Assembly: GCA_017852335.1 (NCBI GenBank)
Contig: JAFMLG010000001.1
Coordinates: forward strand, 2,853 to 66,852
Origin: Actinomycetota bacterium
GTDB lineage: Bacteria; Actinomycetota; Nitriliruptoria; Nitriliruptorales; Nitriliruptoraceae
DNA length: 64,000 bases
Direction: 5' to 3'
The notes beneath the pieces are model-generated. The model did not search any database. It was not told where the DNA came from and worked only from the letters and a program-made list of their open reading frames with translations. How positions within the stretch are numbered: the stretch's first letter is position 1; each line of letters starts with the position of its first letter. Shown here piece after piece: positions 46,397 through 54,857 of this stretch. The position numbers and the translations under genes were made by a program.

Positions 46397-48106
46397 ATGA
46401 CGACGCAGGACGAGCGGTCCGCGACGGCGGACGACGCACCGCACCTCGACCACCCGGTGTTCGCGCTGGCGTCGCGCTTCGTCGACGACGTCGCGGCGAT
46501 GGAGCCGATGACGGCGACGTTCCTCGGACTTCCCGGGCACGACGACCGGTGGGGCGACCTCTCCCCCGCCGGCGCGGACGCCCGTGCCGACCTCCTGCGC
46601 CGGACCCGCGACGAGCTGGCGGCGCTGCCGGCCGCGACGGACCGGTGGTCGGCGCTGGCCGGGCGGGTCCTCGCCGAGGACCTCGCCGACGGCCTCGCGT
46701 CGCACGAGCACGGCGACCACCTGCTCGACCTCGCGCATCTGGCCTCGACCGTCCCGACGCTGCGCGAGCTGGTCGAGCTGACGCCGTTCGACACCCCGGA
46801 GCGCGCCGGCGACGTGCTGGCCCGCCTCGACACGATCGGGGAGGCGCTGGACGGCTGGCGGGACTGCATGGCCGAGGGCGTCCGGACCGGTCGGACCGTC
46901 GCCGCCCGGCAGGTCGAGTCCGTCGCCCGGCAGCTGCGCGCCGGCGTCGCCGAGGGCGGGGCGTTCCCCCGCCGCGTCGCCGAGATCGTCGCGGCGCATC
47001 CGGACCTCGCCGACCGGGCCGAGACGGCCCTCGCCGCCGTCGCCGCCGCGTCCGAGCGGACCGCCGTCCGCCTCGAGCGGGAGTACCTGCCGCACGCCGC
47101 CCCGCACGAGGGCGTCGGCGAGGAGCGGTACCTCCGCAACGCCCGACGGTTCCTCGGCTCGGACCTCGACCCGGCGGCGACGTACGCATGGGGCTGGGAC
47201 CTCATCCGCGAGCTGACGGACCGTGCGGTCCGCGTCGCCGCCCGCATCGACGCCGACGCGGGACTCGACGGGGTCGTCGCGATGCTCCAGACCGACCCGG
47301 CCTACGCCGCACCGTCGCAGGAGGCGTTCCGCGAGGCGATGCAGGAACGGCAGGAGCGCGCGCTCGCCAGCCTGACCGGCGTGCACTTCGACGTGCCGCA
47401 CGAGATCCGCGACGTCCGCGTGAACCTCGTCGCCCCCGGTGCGCCGCTGGCCGCCTGGTACATGGCGCCGAGCGAGGACTTCACCCGCGTCGGATCCATC
47501 TGGTGGTCGCTCGGCGACGCGACCAGCGTCCCGCTGTTCGATCAGGTCACGACGGCGTACCACGAGGGCTTCCCGGGTCACCACCTGCAGGTCGGGCTGG
47601 CGGTGACGCTGTCCGACCGGCTCTCGCGCGCCCACCGGCTGCTGTCGTGGCGACCGGGGTACGGCGAGGGCTGGGCGCTGTACGCCGAGCAGGTCATGGA
47701 CGAGCTCGGCGAGCTGGAGCGGCCCGAGTACGAGCTCGGGTACCTCGGCGCGAACCTGCTCCGCGCGGTCCGCGTCGTCGTCGACCTCGGCCTGCACCTC
47801 GGGTACCGCATCCCGGCCGACGCACCGCTGCACGCCGGCGAGGAGTGGACGTACGACCGGGCGGTCGACGCGCTCGTGAAGCTGGCGTTCAACGACGTCG
47901 ACACGGCCCGGTCGGAGGTGACCCGGTACCTCGGCTGGCCGGGCCAGGCGATCAGCTACGCGATCGGGAAGCGCGAGATCCTGGCGCTCCGCGACGCGCG
48001 ACGGGCCCGCGAGGGCGCGGCGTTCGACGCGAAGCGCTTCCACGCCGACGTGCTGGGGTCCGGCTCGGTCGGCCTCGACCACCTGCGCGAGCTGGTCCTG
48101 GGCTGA
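46397..48106 (+). CDS. DUF885-family protein (putative metallopeptidase-like)
   Basis: 569 aa with the DUF885-typical HEGFPGHHLQ motif and GYGEGWALYAE, YLGWPGQAISYAIG. Confidence 0.8.
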   Translation: MTTQDERSATADDAPHLDHPVFALASRFVDDVAAMEPMTATFLGLPGHDDRWGDLSPAGADARADLLRRTRDELAALPAATDRWSALAGRVLAEDLADGLASHEHGDHLLDLAHLASTVPTLRELVELTPFDTPERAGDVLARLDTIGEALDGWRDCMAEGVRTGRTVAARQVESVARQLRAGVAEGGAFPRRVAEIVAAHPDLADRAETALAAVAAASERTAVRLEREYLPHAAPHEGVGEERYLRNARRFLGSDLDPAATYAWGWDLIRELTDRAVRVAARIDADAGLDGVVAMLQTDPAYAAPSQEAFREAMQERQERALASLTGVHFDVPHEIRDVRVNLVAPGAPLAAWYMAPSEDFTRVGSIWWSLGDATSVPLFDQVTTAYHEGFPGHHLQVGLAVTLSDRLSRAHRLLSWRPGYGEGWALYAEQVMDELGELERPEYELGYLGANLLRAVRVVVDLGLHLGYRIPADAPLHAGEEWTYDRAVDALVKLAFNDVDTARSEVTRYLGWPGQAISYAIGKREILALRDARRAREGAAFDAKRFHADVLGSGSVGLDHLRELVLG

Positions 48107-48109
48107 GCC

Positions 48110-48490
48110 TCAGGCGCGCTCGCCGGCGACCTCGCCCAGCACGCGCGGGTCGCGGTTGTCCGGACCGACCGTGACGACGACCGGCCGGTGGGCCCGGGCC
48201 TCGGCGTCCTCCATCTCGGCGTAGCTGACGACGAGGACGACGTCACCGACCGCGACGAGGTGCGCGGCGGGACCGTTGATCCCGACGACACCCGAGCCGC
48301 GCTGACCCTCGAGGACGTACGTCTCGAGCCGGGCGCCGTTCGTCACGTCCAGCACCTGGACCCGCTCGTGCGGCAGCAGGTCGGCCGCGTCCATGAGGTC
48401 GCGGTCCAGCGTGATGGACCCGACGTAGTCGAGGTCGGCCTCGGTCACGGTGACGCGGTGCAGCTTCGACTTCATCAGCGTGCGGCGCAC
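48110..48490 (-). CDS. panD: aspartate 1-decarboxylase
   Basis: From GTG 48490: [37 protein letters not shown]...[26 protein letters not shown] (GS self-processing site). Aligns from residue 1 with known PanD N-termini. Confidence 0.9.
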   Translation of the reverse strand: MRRTLMKSKLHRVTVTEADLDYVGSITLDRDLMDAADLLPHERVQVLDVTNGARLETYVLEGQRGSGVVGINGPAAHLVAVGDVVLVVSYAEMEDAEARAHRPVVVTVGPDNRDPRVLGEVAGERA

Positions 48491-48531
48491 GGCGACCTCG
48501 TGGACGGCGTCGGGAGCGGACGGCGCGGACC

Positions 48532-49761
48532 CTAGCCGGCGTCCGGCACGGCCTCCTCGAGCGGGTCGTGGTACTCCCACCCGGTGCCGTCACGGGCGTC
48601 GTGGACCTCGACGCCGGCGGCCACCAGTGCGTCGCGGATCGCGTCCGCGTCGGCGAACCGGCGCTCGGTCCGCGCCCGCTCGCGCAGCGTCAGCAGCGTC
48701 TCGACGTGCGGGGCGACGAGGTCGCGGTGCTCGTGCCACCCGGCCTGCGCGACCCGCGCCAGCGCCGCGACCTGGCGGATCGCGGCGGCGCCGCCCTCCG
48801 CCGACCGGAGGAGCCCCGCGGTGACCTCCGCCGCGGCCAGCAGGTCGCCCCGGGCCAGCGCCGCGTCGAACTCGCCGTCCCCCCCGGCGTCGGGCGCCGC
48901 GGGGCCGGGGCCGGCGGACCCGGACGCGGCGCCGACGGTCCCGAGGCCGTCCGCGACCCAGCCCAGCACCTCGTCCAGCCCGACCGTCGTCCCGGTCGCG
49001 ACCTCGTGCGCGCGGTCGCGGAGCCGCACGACGACCCGGCCGCGCCCCTCGACGCGGAGCGACCCCGCCTCGAGGTCGAGGACGGCCGCGGTGTGCTCGT
49101 CGACGCCGAGCACCCACTCGGACGGATCGAGCATCCCCTCGAGCGCCCGCAGCCGGCGGTCGCCGATGTAGCAGCACGACGTGTCGTGGGTCCCACCCTC
49201 GGCGTTGTCGAAGTGCGGGACGACGATCGCGTCGAGGCCGAGCGGGCGCAGCAGGTCGAGCCCGTCGCGCCAGTGCGGCGCCTCACCGACCTTGTACAGC
49301 TCGTACACGGGGATGGTGCGGCGACCCGCGGTGCAGGCGGCGGCGGAGGCCAGCACCGTGGCCGTCGACCGGTCGCGGTCGCCGAGCCGCTCCGCGAGCA
49401 CGGCCGGCATCCCCGCGGCCCGCCACTGCCGCGCCAGGTACGTCGGCGAGCCGGGACCGGCGAAGGCCCAGGCGGCCTCCCGCACCGCGGCCAGCGCGAC
49501 CTCCCGCGCGACGTCGCCGACGGCCTCGGCGTCGCGCAGCGACACGACCTCCGCGACCCGGCCGACGTTGTGGGCGAGGTACTCGAGGGTGCGCTCGCTC
49601 AGCTCGTCGGCGTTCTCCTGGAACCCGTACGGCGTGTCGAGCACGACCGCGGGGCCGTCGCCGACGGCGGCCAGCACGCGCTGGTGCGTCGAGACCATCG
49701 TCGGGGTCGTCTCCCCCGAGCCCATCAGCACGAGCAGTCGCGTCATCGATCCCTCCGTCAT
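48532..49761 (-). CDS. peptidase S51/cyanophycinase-like (class-I amidotransferase-like) domain fused to a CysRS C-terminal (DALR-2)-like domain
   Basis: N-terminus [11 protein letters not shown]...GPGSPTY...LASAAAC...VPHFDN; C-terminus [42 protein letters not shown] resembles the cysteinyl-tRNA synthetase C-terminus. Start is either ATG 49761 (ATGA overlap with the upstream stop) or ATG 49746 (GGAGG 5 nt upstream). Confidence 0.6.
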   Translation of the reverse strand: MTEGSMTRLLVLMGSGETTPTMVSTHQRVLAAVGDGPAVVLDTPYGFQENADELSERTLEYLAHNVGRVAEVVSLRDAEAVGDVAREVALAAVREAAWAFAGPGSPTYLARQWRAAGMPAVLAERLGDRDRSTATVLASAAACTAGRRTIPVYELYKVGEAPHWRDGLDLLRPLGLDAIVVPHFDNAEGGTHDTSCCYIGDRRLRALEGMLDPSEWVLGVDEHTAAVLDLEAGSLRVEGRGRVVVRLRDRAHEVATGTTVGLDEVLGWVADGLGTVGAASGSAGPGPAAPDAGGDGEFDAALARGDLLAAAEVTAGLLRSAEGGAAAIRQVAALARVAQAGWHEHRDLVAPHVETLLTLRERARTERRFADADAIRDALVAAGVEVHDARDGTGWEYHDPLEEAVPDAG

Positions 49762-50645
49762 GCCGTCGCCGGGACCGCGCCACCGACCGCCCAGGTCCGG
49801 AGCAGGTCGGCGACGACGTCCGGCGCCTCGAGGTGCACGTCGTGGTCGCGGCCGGGCAGCCGGACGACGTCGAGGCCGGCGGCCGCGCGTCGGACCGCCT
49901 CGGCCAGGAGCTCCTCGGCGACGACGCCGCGCGCGGTCCCCGTGACCGGCAGCAGCAGCATCGGGACCCGGAGCTCGGCGAGGAGGTCGAGCGGCCGCTG
50001 CGCGAAGAGGTCCGTGACGATGCGGCGGTGGCGCTCGCGGGTCAGGACCGGCCGGGCGGGATCGTCGGGGCCGGGACCCAGACGGAAGTTCCCGAGCTGC
50101 GCCGCGGCCGCGCCGTCGGGCCATGCGGCCGTCCGCGCCGCCATGTGCCCCTCGAGCGCGGCCCGCGTCAGGCCGTCGAACGACGGCGGGGCCAGCGCCG
50201 CCCAGCAGGACTCCACGTCGGGGAACCGGTCCGCGAGGTCGATGAGTCCGCCGTCGACGCCGACCACACCGCGGACCACGTCGGGACGACGGACCCCGAG
50301 CTCGAGCACGACGTTGCCGCCCCAGGACTGCCCGACGGCGATCGGGCGCTCGAGCCCGGTCGCGGCGGCGACGGCGACGAGGTCCGCCACGAGCGTCGCG
50401 GGATCGAGGTCGTCGGACGGGTCCGACGCGCCGTGGGACCGCTGGTCGACCGCGACGACCTCGTGCCCGGCGGCGGCCAGCCGCGCCGCGACGCCGTCCC
50501 AGAGCCGGGCGTTCGAGGACAGGCCGTGGACCAGCAGGAACGGCGGGGCGTCCGGGTCGGGCGCGCCGGGGGAGGTCCGCCGGACCGCGAGCGCGACGTC
50601 GGCGGCGACCGGCACGCGCAGGACGTCGGGGCCCTGGAAGGTCAT
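49758..50645 (-). CDS. alpha/beta-fold hydrolase
   Basis: From ATG 50645: PFLLVHGLSSNARLWDGV, nucleophile elbow GQSWGG, C-terminal GRDHDVHLE. The 417-aa track ORF is over-extended. Confidence 0.8.
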   Translation of the reverse strand: MTFQGPDVLRVPVAADVALAVRRTSPGAPDPDAPPFLLVHGLSSNARLWDGVAARLAAAGHEVVAVDQRSHGASDPSDDLDPATLVADLVAVAAATGLERPIAVGQSWGGNVVLELGVRRPDVVRGVVGVDGGLIDLADRFPDVESCWAALAPPSFDGLTRAALEGHMAARTAAWPDGAAAAQLGNFRLGPGPDDPARPVLTRERHRRIVTDLFAQRPLDLLAELRVPMLLLPVTGTARGVVAEELLAEAVRRAAAGLDVVRLPGRDHDVHLEAPDVVADLLRTWAVGGAVPATA

Positions 50646-50799
50646 CACCGTCCCCCGCCGCACCGCCGTGGGGTCGGAGGGTACGGCCGGTCGGGACCCG
50701 GACCCGCGTGAGGCCGCCGCGAGCCTCCCGAGAGGGACCCGAGAAGCACCGTCCGTACCTCTCCCCCCGTGACCGGCGCCACCCCCTCGCGCCGGACCG

Positions 50800-50817
50800 C
50801 GTGAGGCCCCCGTGAGG
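50800..50817 (+). repeat. two CGTGAGG heptamers 11 bp apart spanning the RBS and start of secreted paralogue 1
   Basis: CGTGAGGcccc CGTGAGGttc; the second copy contains the GTG start codon. A further exact copy lies at 50707-50713. Confidence 0.4.
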
Positions 50818-51552
50818 TTCGGTTCCGCCGCGTTCGTCCTGACCGCCCTCGCGATCGCCGTCGCCGGCGTCGTGCTGGCGTTCACCGCGCCGGCGGGCCT
50901 GCGGACCTCGGCGGCCGGCGCGGCCCCGACCCGGGTCGACGTCAGCGCGTCCGGGGACGTCAGCTGCGGCGAACTCGGGCTGCCGTTCGCCAGCGACGTC
51001 CTCGAGGTCACGGACGGACGGCTCCGGGACGCGCCGCCGCCCGGCGTGGCGCTGACCGTCGACCCGGGCGGCCGGACGGTGGCCTGGGCGGCGGCCTTCC
51101 CCGTGCACGCGGTCGTCGTCGGCGCGGCCGGTCGGCTGCACGTCTACGCCTACGACCCACCGACGACCCGGGACGCCGGGCTCTCCGCACCCCGCGACGG
51201 CGGCGGCATGCCGGTCGGGGTCGACCGTCTACTCGTGTGCTGGAGCGCCGACGGCGTCGAGGTCGCGTGGTGCCCGCCCGGGTTCTGGGCGGCGCCGACC
51301 AGCGAGACGGACTGGCGCGACGCCGGCGTCGACCCCGGCGAGCGGTTCTCGGCGCGGTTCGGCGTCGAGCCCGAGCGATCGGCCGCCGCCCGCGAGCTCG
51401 GGGCGCCGCTCAGCCCGACGCTGCGCCAGGTCCTCGTCGCGCCGCAGTGGTACGGGCCCGCGGCCGCGGAGCTCGTGGCGGACCTCCTCAGCGACCGCCA
51501 TCCCGACGTCGCCTTCGCCGGCGCGCGCCCCGCCGACGCCTGCCCGCTCTGA
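50812..51552 (+). CDS. secreted hypothetical protein (paralogue 1): Cys-bracketed beta-rich domain plus C-terminal CPPGFW...helical region
   Basis: GTG start; N-terminal signal/TM segment (FVLTALAIAVAGVVLAF); high GC3; shares a domain with 55872..56648. Confidence 0.6.
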   Translation: MRFGSAAFVLTALAIAVAGVVLAFTAPAGLRTSAAGAAPTRVDVSASGDVSCGELGLPFASDVLEVTDGRLRDAPPPGVALTVDPGGRTVAWAAAFPVHAVVVGAAGRLHVYAYDPPTTRDAGLSAPRDGGGMPVGVDRLLVCWSADGVEVAWCPPGFWAAPTSETDWRDAGVDPGERFSARFGVEPERSAAARELGAPLSPTLRQVLVAPQWYGPAAAELVADLLSDRHPDVAFAGARPADACPL

Positions 51553-51592
51553 CCCCGACCGCGCCCGACCCGATCACGCCCGAGGAGCAGCC

Positions 51593-52675
51593 GTGCGCAT
51601 CCTGCAGATCGCCCCGCCGTGGTTCCCCGTCCCGCCCCGTGGCTACGGCGGCATCGAGTGGGTCGTCGCCTCGCTGGCCGACGGGCTGACCGACCTCGGG
51701 CACGAGGTGACGCTCGTCGCGAACGGCGACAGCACGACGCGCGCGGATCTCGTCAGCGTGTACGACGACTCGACGCCGCACCGGCTCGGCGACGTCTGGA
51801 TGGAGGCCGCGCACGCGGTCGCCGCGTACCTCCGGGCCTCCGACGTCGACGTCGTGCACGACCACACCGGGGTGATCGGTCCGGCGATCGCGGCCGCCGG
51901 TGGACTCCGCGTACCGGTCGTCAACACGCTGCACGGCCCGTGGACGCGGGACAACGCGGTGCTGTACCGCGCGATCTCGCGACACGTCGCGCTGACCGCG
52001 ATCAGCCACGACCAGGCCGGTCGCGCACCCGACGGCGTCCGCGTCGCCGGCGTCGTGCACAACGGCATCGAGACGGACGCGTACCCGGTCGGACGTGACC
52101 GCGAGGACTTCCTGCTGTTCGTCGGTCGCGCCTCGCACGAGAAGGGGCCCGAGGTCGCCGTCGAGGTGGCGCGCCGACTCGGCCTGCCGCTCGTGATGGC
52201 CATGAAGGTGAACGAGCCGGCCGAGCACCGCTACCTCGCGCGCGTCGTGCGCCCGGTGATGGACGGCGCGGACGTCGACCTGCGGACGGCCGTCGGGCAC
52301 GACGAGAAGGCCGACCTGATGTCCCGCGCCCGGGCGGTGCTGGTCCCCATCGGGTGGGACGAGCCGTTCGGCCTGGTGATGGCCGAGGCCGCGGCGTGCG
52401 GCGCGCCGGTGGTCGCGTTCCGCCGCGGGGCGGCCCCCGAGCTGGTGTTCGACCGCGTCACCGGACGCCTGGTCCCGCCGGGCGACGTCGACGCGATGAC
52501 CGCCGCCGTCGCGGAGGTCGACGGCATCGACCCCCTGGCCTGCCGGGCCTGGGCCGAGGGCCGCTTCTCGGCCCGTCGGATGGTCCAGCGCTACCTGCGG
52601 ATCTACGAGGAGATGGCATGGCCGACCTCGGCCCACTCAGTGAGGTTCTTTGCGTCCGGGGCGACGCGTTCGTGA
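51593..52675 (+). CDS. glycosyltransferase family 4
   Basis: GTG start: MRILQIAPPWFPVPPRGYGGIEWVV..LADGL..LGHEVTL; GT-B C-terminal motif EPFGLVMAEAAACGAPVVA.RRGAAPELV. Confidence 0.85.
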   Translation: MRILQIAPPWFPVPPRGYGGIEWVVASLADGLTDLGHEVTLVANGDSTTRADLVSVYDDSTPHRLGDVWMEAAHAVAAYLRASDVDVVHDHTGVIGPAIAAAGGLRVPVVNTLHGPWTRDNAVLYRAISRHVALTAISHDQAGRAPDGVRVAGVVHNGIETDAYPVGRDREDFLLFVGRASHEKGPEVAVEVARRLGLPLVMAMKVNEPAEHRYLARVVRPVMDGADVDLRTAVGHDEKADLMSRARAVLVPIGWDEPFGLVMAEAAACGAPVVAFRRGAAPELVFDRVTGRLVPPGDVDAMTAAVAEVDGIDPLACRAWAEGRFSARRMVQRYLRIYEEMAWPTSAHSVRFFASGATRS

Positions 52676-54690
52676 TGTCCAGCGCGACCGGGGACATCGT
52701 CCCCGGCGGCGACCAGGGCTTCTACGACCGCGACACCCGGTTCCTGAACCGTCTCGAGCTGCTCGTGGACGGCCGCCCGCCGATCCACCTCGCCGCCGTC
52801 TCGACGGGCGGCGACAGCGCGCTGTTCCACGGCTGCCTCCCGCCGGACCGGCCGGGCCAGATCGACCCGACGGTCTCGGTGCTGCGCCGGAGGATCGTGA
52901 ACGGCGGCCTCAGCGACGAGGTCGTGTTCCGCAACGCCTCCGCGCGGCCGGTCACGCTGGACGTGACGGTCCGGGTCGGGACCGACTTCGCGTACGTCCA
53001 GGAGGTCAAGCACGGCAAGGTCCTGCCGCAGAGCCCGCCGTCGACGTCGGACGCGAGCGTCCGTCTCCACCGCCGCGACGGCGACGAGTGGACGCGTGTC
53101 GCGATGACCGACGGTCGGGCCGAGGACGACCTGCTCCGCACGACGGTGACGCTGCCCGGACGCGGCGAGTCGGTCGTCCTCCTCGAGGCCGAGGCCTCCA
53201 GCACCCACCACGGCACGGAGACCCGCACCCCGCGCGTCCGCGCCCCCGGCGGCTCCGGCGTCGCGTCCCGCGCGACGACGCGGACGACGGTGGACTGCTC
53301 GGACGGACGCCTGCGACGGCTCGTCGACCGGGCGCTGCGCGATCTCGCGTCGCTCGATCAGCGCGACCCCGAGTCACCCGGCGATCGGTACGCGGCGGCC
53401 GGCAGCCCGTGGTTCCTGACGCTGTTCGGGCGGGACGCGCTCTGGACCGCGTTCATGGCGCTGCCCTTCGACCCCGACCTCGCGCGCGGGACGCTGCACG
53501 TCCTCGCCCGGCGTCAGGGGCGGGAGGAGGACCCCGTCAGCGAGGAGCAGCCGGGGAAGATCCTCCACGAGGTCCGGTACGGCGCGCTCTCCAGCCGCGG
53601 CGACCTGCCCGACCGCTACTACGGCTCGGTCGACGCGACCCCGCTGTTCGTCGTCCTCGCCCACGAGGCCTGGCGGTGGGGGATGCCCGAGGAGGACGTC
53701 GCCGCGCTCCTGCCCCACGTCGAGGCGGCGCTCGGATGGATGCGCGAGTTCGGCGACGTCGACGGCGACGGATTCCTCGAGTACGCCCGGCACGACGGGG
53801 CCGGGAACGGGCTGTCGAACCAGGGCTGGAAGGACTCGGGCGACGGCGTCCGGTTCGCCGACGGGACGATCGCCCGCGCCCCGATCGCGCTGGCCGAGGT
53901 CCAGGGGTACGCCTACGCGGCGGCGATGCGCGGCGCCGAGCTGCTGGACCACACCGGCCGACCCGGCGGTGACGGCTGGCGGCGCTGGGCGGCCGAGGTG
54001 CAGCGCCGCTTCCGCGAGGAGTTCTGGGTCGAGGACGCGCTCGGCCCGTACCCGGCGATCGCGCTCGACGAGCACAACCGTCCGGTCGACGGTCCCGCGT
54101 CCAACATGGGCCATCTGCTGATGACCGGACTGCTCGACGGCGCCGAGACCGCGCGGGTCGCCGAACGGCTCGTCCACCCCTCGCTCGCGTCCGGCTGGGG
54201 TCTGCGGACGCTGGCGACGACCTCGGGCGGGTTCAACCCGCTGTCCTACCACTGCGGGACCGTCTGGCCGCACGACACGGCGATCGCGGCCTGGGGGCTG
54301 GCGCGGTCCGGACGCGGCGCCGAGGCCCTGACGCTGATCGGTGGACTGGTCGGTGCGGCGCCGTGGTTCGACTACCGCTTCCCCGAGCTGTTCGCCGGGT
54401 TCGCCGCCGACGACACCGTCACGCCCGTCCCCTACCCCGCGGCCTGCCGTCCGCAGGCCTGGGCGGCGGCCAGCGCGCTGCTGGTGCTCCGGGCGCTGCT
54501 CGTCGTCGAGGCCGACGTCCCGCACGGCGCGCTGACCCTGCGGCCGCTCTCGCCGTTGCCCTGCGAACGCATCGCCCTGACGGGACTGCGGGTCGCGGGC
54601 GGGACCGTCGACGTCACGGTCGATGCGGGCGCGGTCGCGGTCCAGGTCCACGACGCCGGCGTGAAGGTCGCGATCGAGGCCCAGCGATGA
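52618..54690 (+). CDS. amylo-alpha-1,6-glucosidase / glycogen-debranching-enzyme-like protein (GDE N-terminal beta domain + (alpha/alpha)6 barrel)
   Basis: GFYDRDTRFLNRLEL.VDG; GSPWFLTLFGRDALWT; GKILHEVR; YYGSVDATPLFV; GFLEY.....GL.NQGWKDS; VWPHD. The ATG at 52618 overlaps the GT4 gene by 58 nt; the in-frame ATG at 52675 (TGATG) is the alternative start. Confidence 0.85.
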   Translation: MADLGPLSEVLCVRGDAFVMSSATGDIVPGGDQGFYDRDTRFLNRLELLVDGRPPIHLAAVSTGGDSALFHGCLPPDRPGQIDPTVSVLRRRIVNGGLSDEVVFRNASARPVTLDVTVRVGTDFAYVQEVKHGKVLPQSPPSTSDASVRLHRRDGDEWTRVAMTDGRAEDDLLRTTVTLPGRGESVVLLEAEASSTHHGTETRTPRVRAPGGSGVASRATTRTTVDCSDGRLRRLVDRALRDLASLDQRDPESPGDRYAAAGSPWFLTLFGRDALWTAFMALPFDPDLARGTLHVLARRQGREEDPVSEEQPGKILHEVRYGALSSRGDLPDRYYGSVDATPLFVVLAHEAWRWGMPEEDVAALLPHVEAALGWMREFGDVDGDGFLEYARHDGAGNGLSNQGWKDSGDGVRFADGTIARAPIALAEVQGYAYAAAMRGAELLDHTGRPGGDGWRRWAAEVQRRFREEFWVEDALGPYPAIALDEHNRPVDGPASNMGHLLMTGLLDGAETARVAERLVHPSLASGWGLRTLATTSGGFNPLSYHCGTVWPHDTAIAAWGLARSGRGAEALTLIGGLVGAAPWFDYRFPELFAGFAADDTVTPVPYPAACRPQAWAAASALLVLRALLVVEADVPHGALTLRPLSPLPCERIALTGLRVAGGTVDVTVDAGAVAVQVHDAGVKVAIEAQR

Positions 54691-54735
54691 CGGCACCGAC
54701 GAGGACGACCACGATGCGGATCGGAGGCGCGAGGA

Positions 54736-54750
54736 TGGGAACGGTTCCCG
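54736..54750. promoter_or_regulatory. 7-1-7 palindrome TGGGAAC-G-GTTCCCG, near-identical to the znuA/znuC operator-like box
   Basis: GGGAAC-G-GTTCCC is a perfect 13-bp palindrome; 12 of 13 core positions match TGGGAATGGTTCC at 5976-5988. Confidence 0.4.
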
Positions 54751-54761
54751 ACATGGTGGTG

Positions 54762-54823
54762 CCCGAGAGCGGGTCCGGATGGGGAGCGCGCGGGGGAGCG
54801 ACGGTCCGGTACCCGCTCTCGGG
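54762..54823 (+). terminator. long hairpin (13 bp perfect + 4 bp after a 1-nt bulge) downstream of the GT4-GDE operon
   Basis: CCCGAGAGCGGGTCCGG ... CCGGTACCCGCTCTCGGG; the loop carries a tandem GGGGAGCG motif; about 70 nt after the stop at 54690; no U-tract. Confidence 0.4.
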
Positions 54824-54857
54824 CGGAACGGACGTTCGCCGGCCCGGCTCGCACGGT

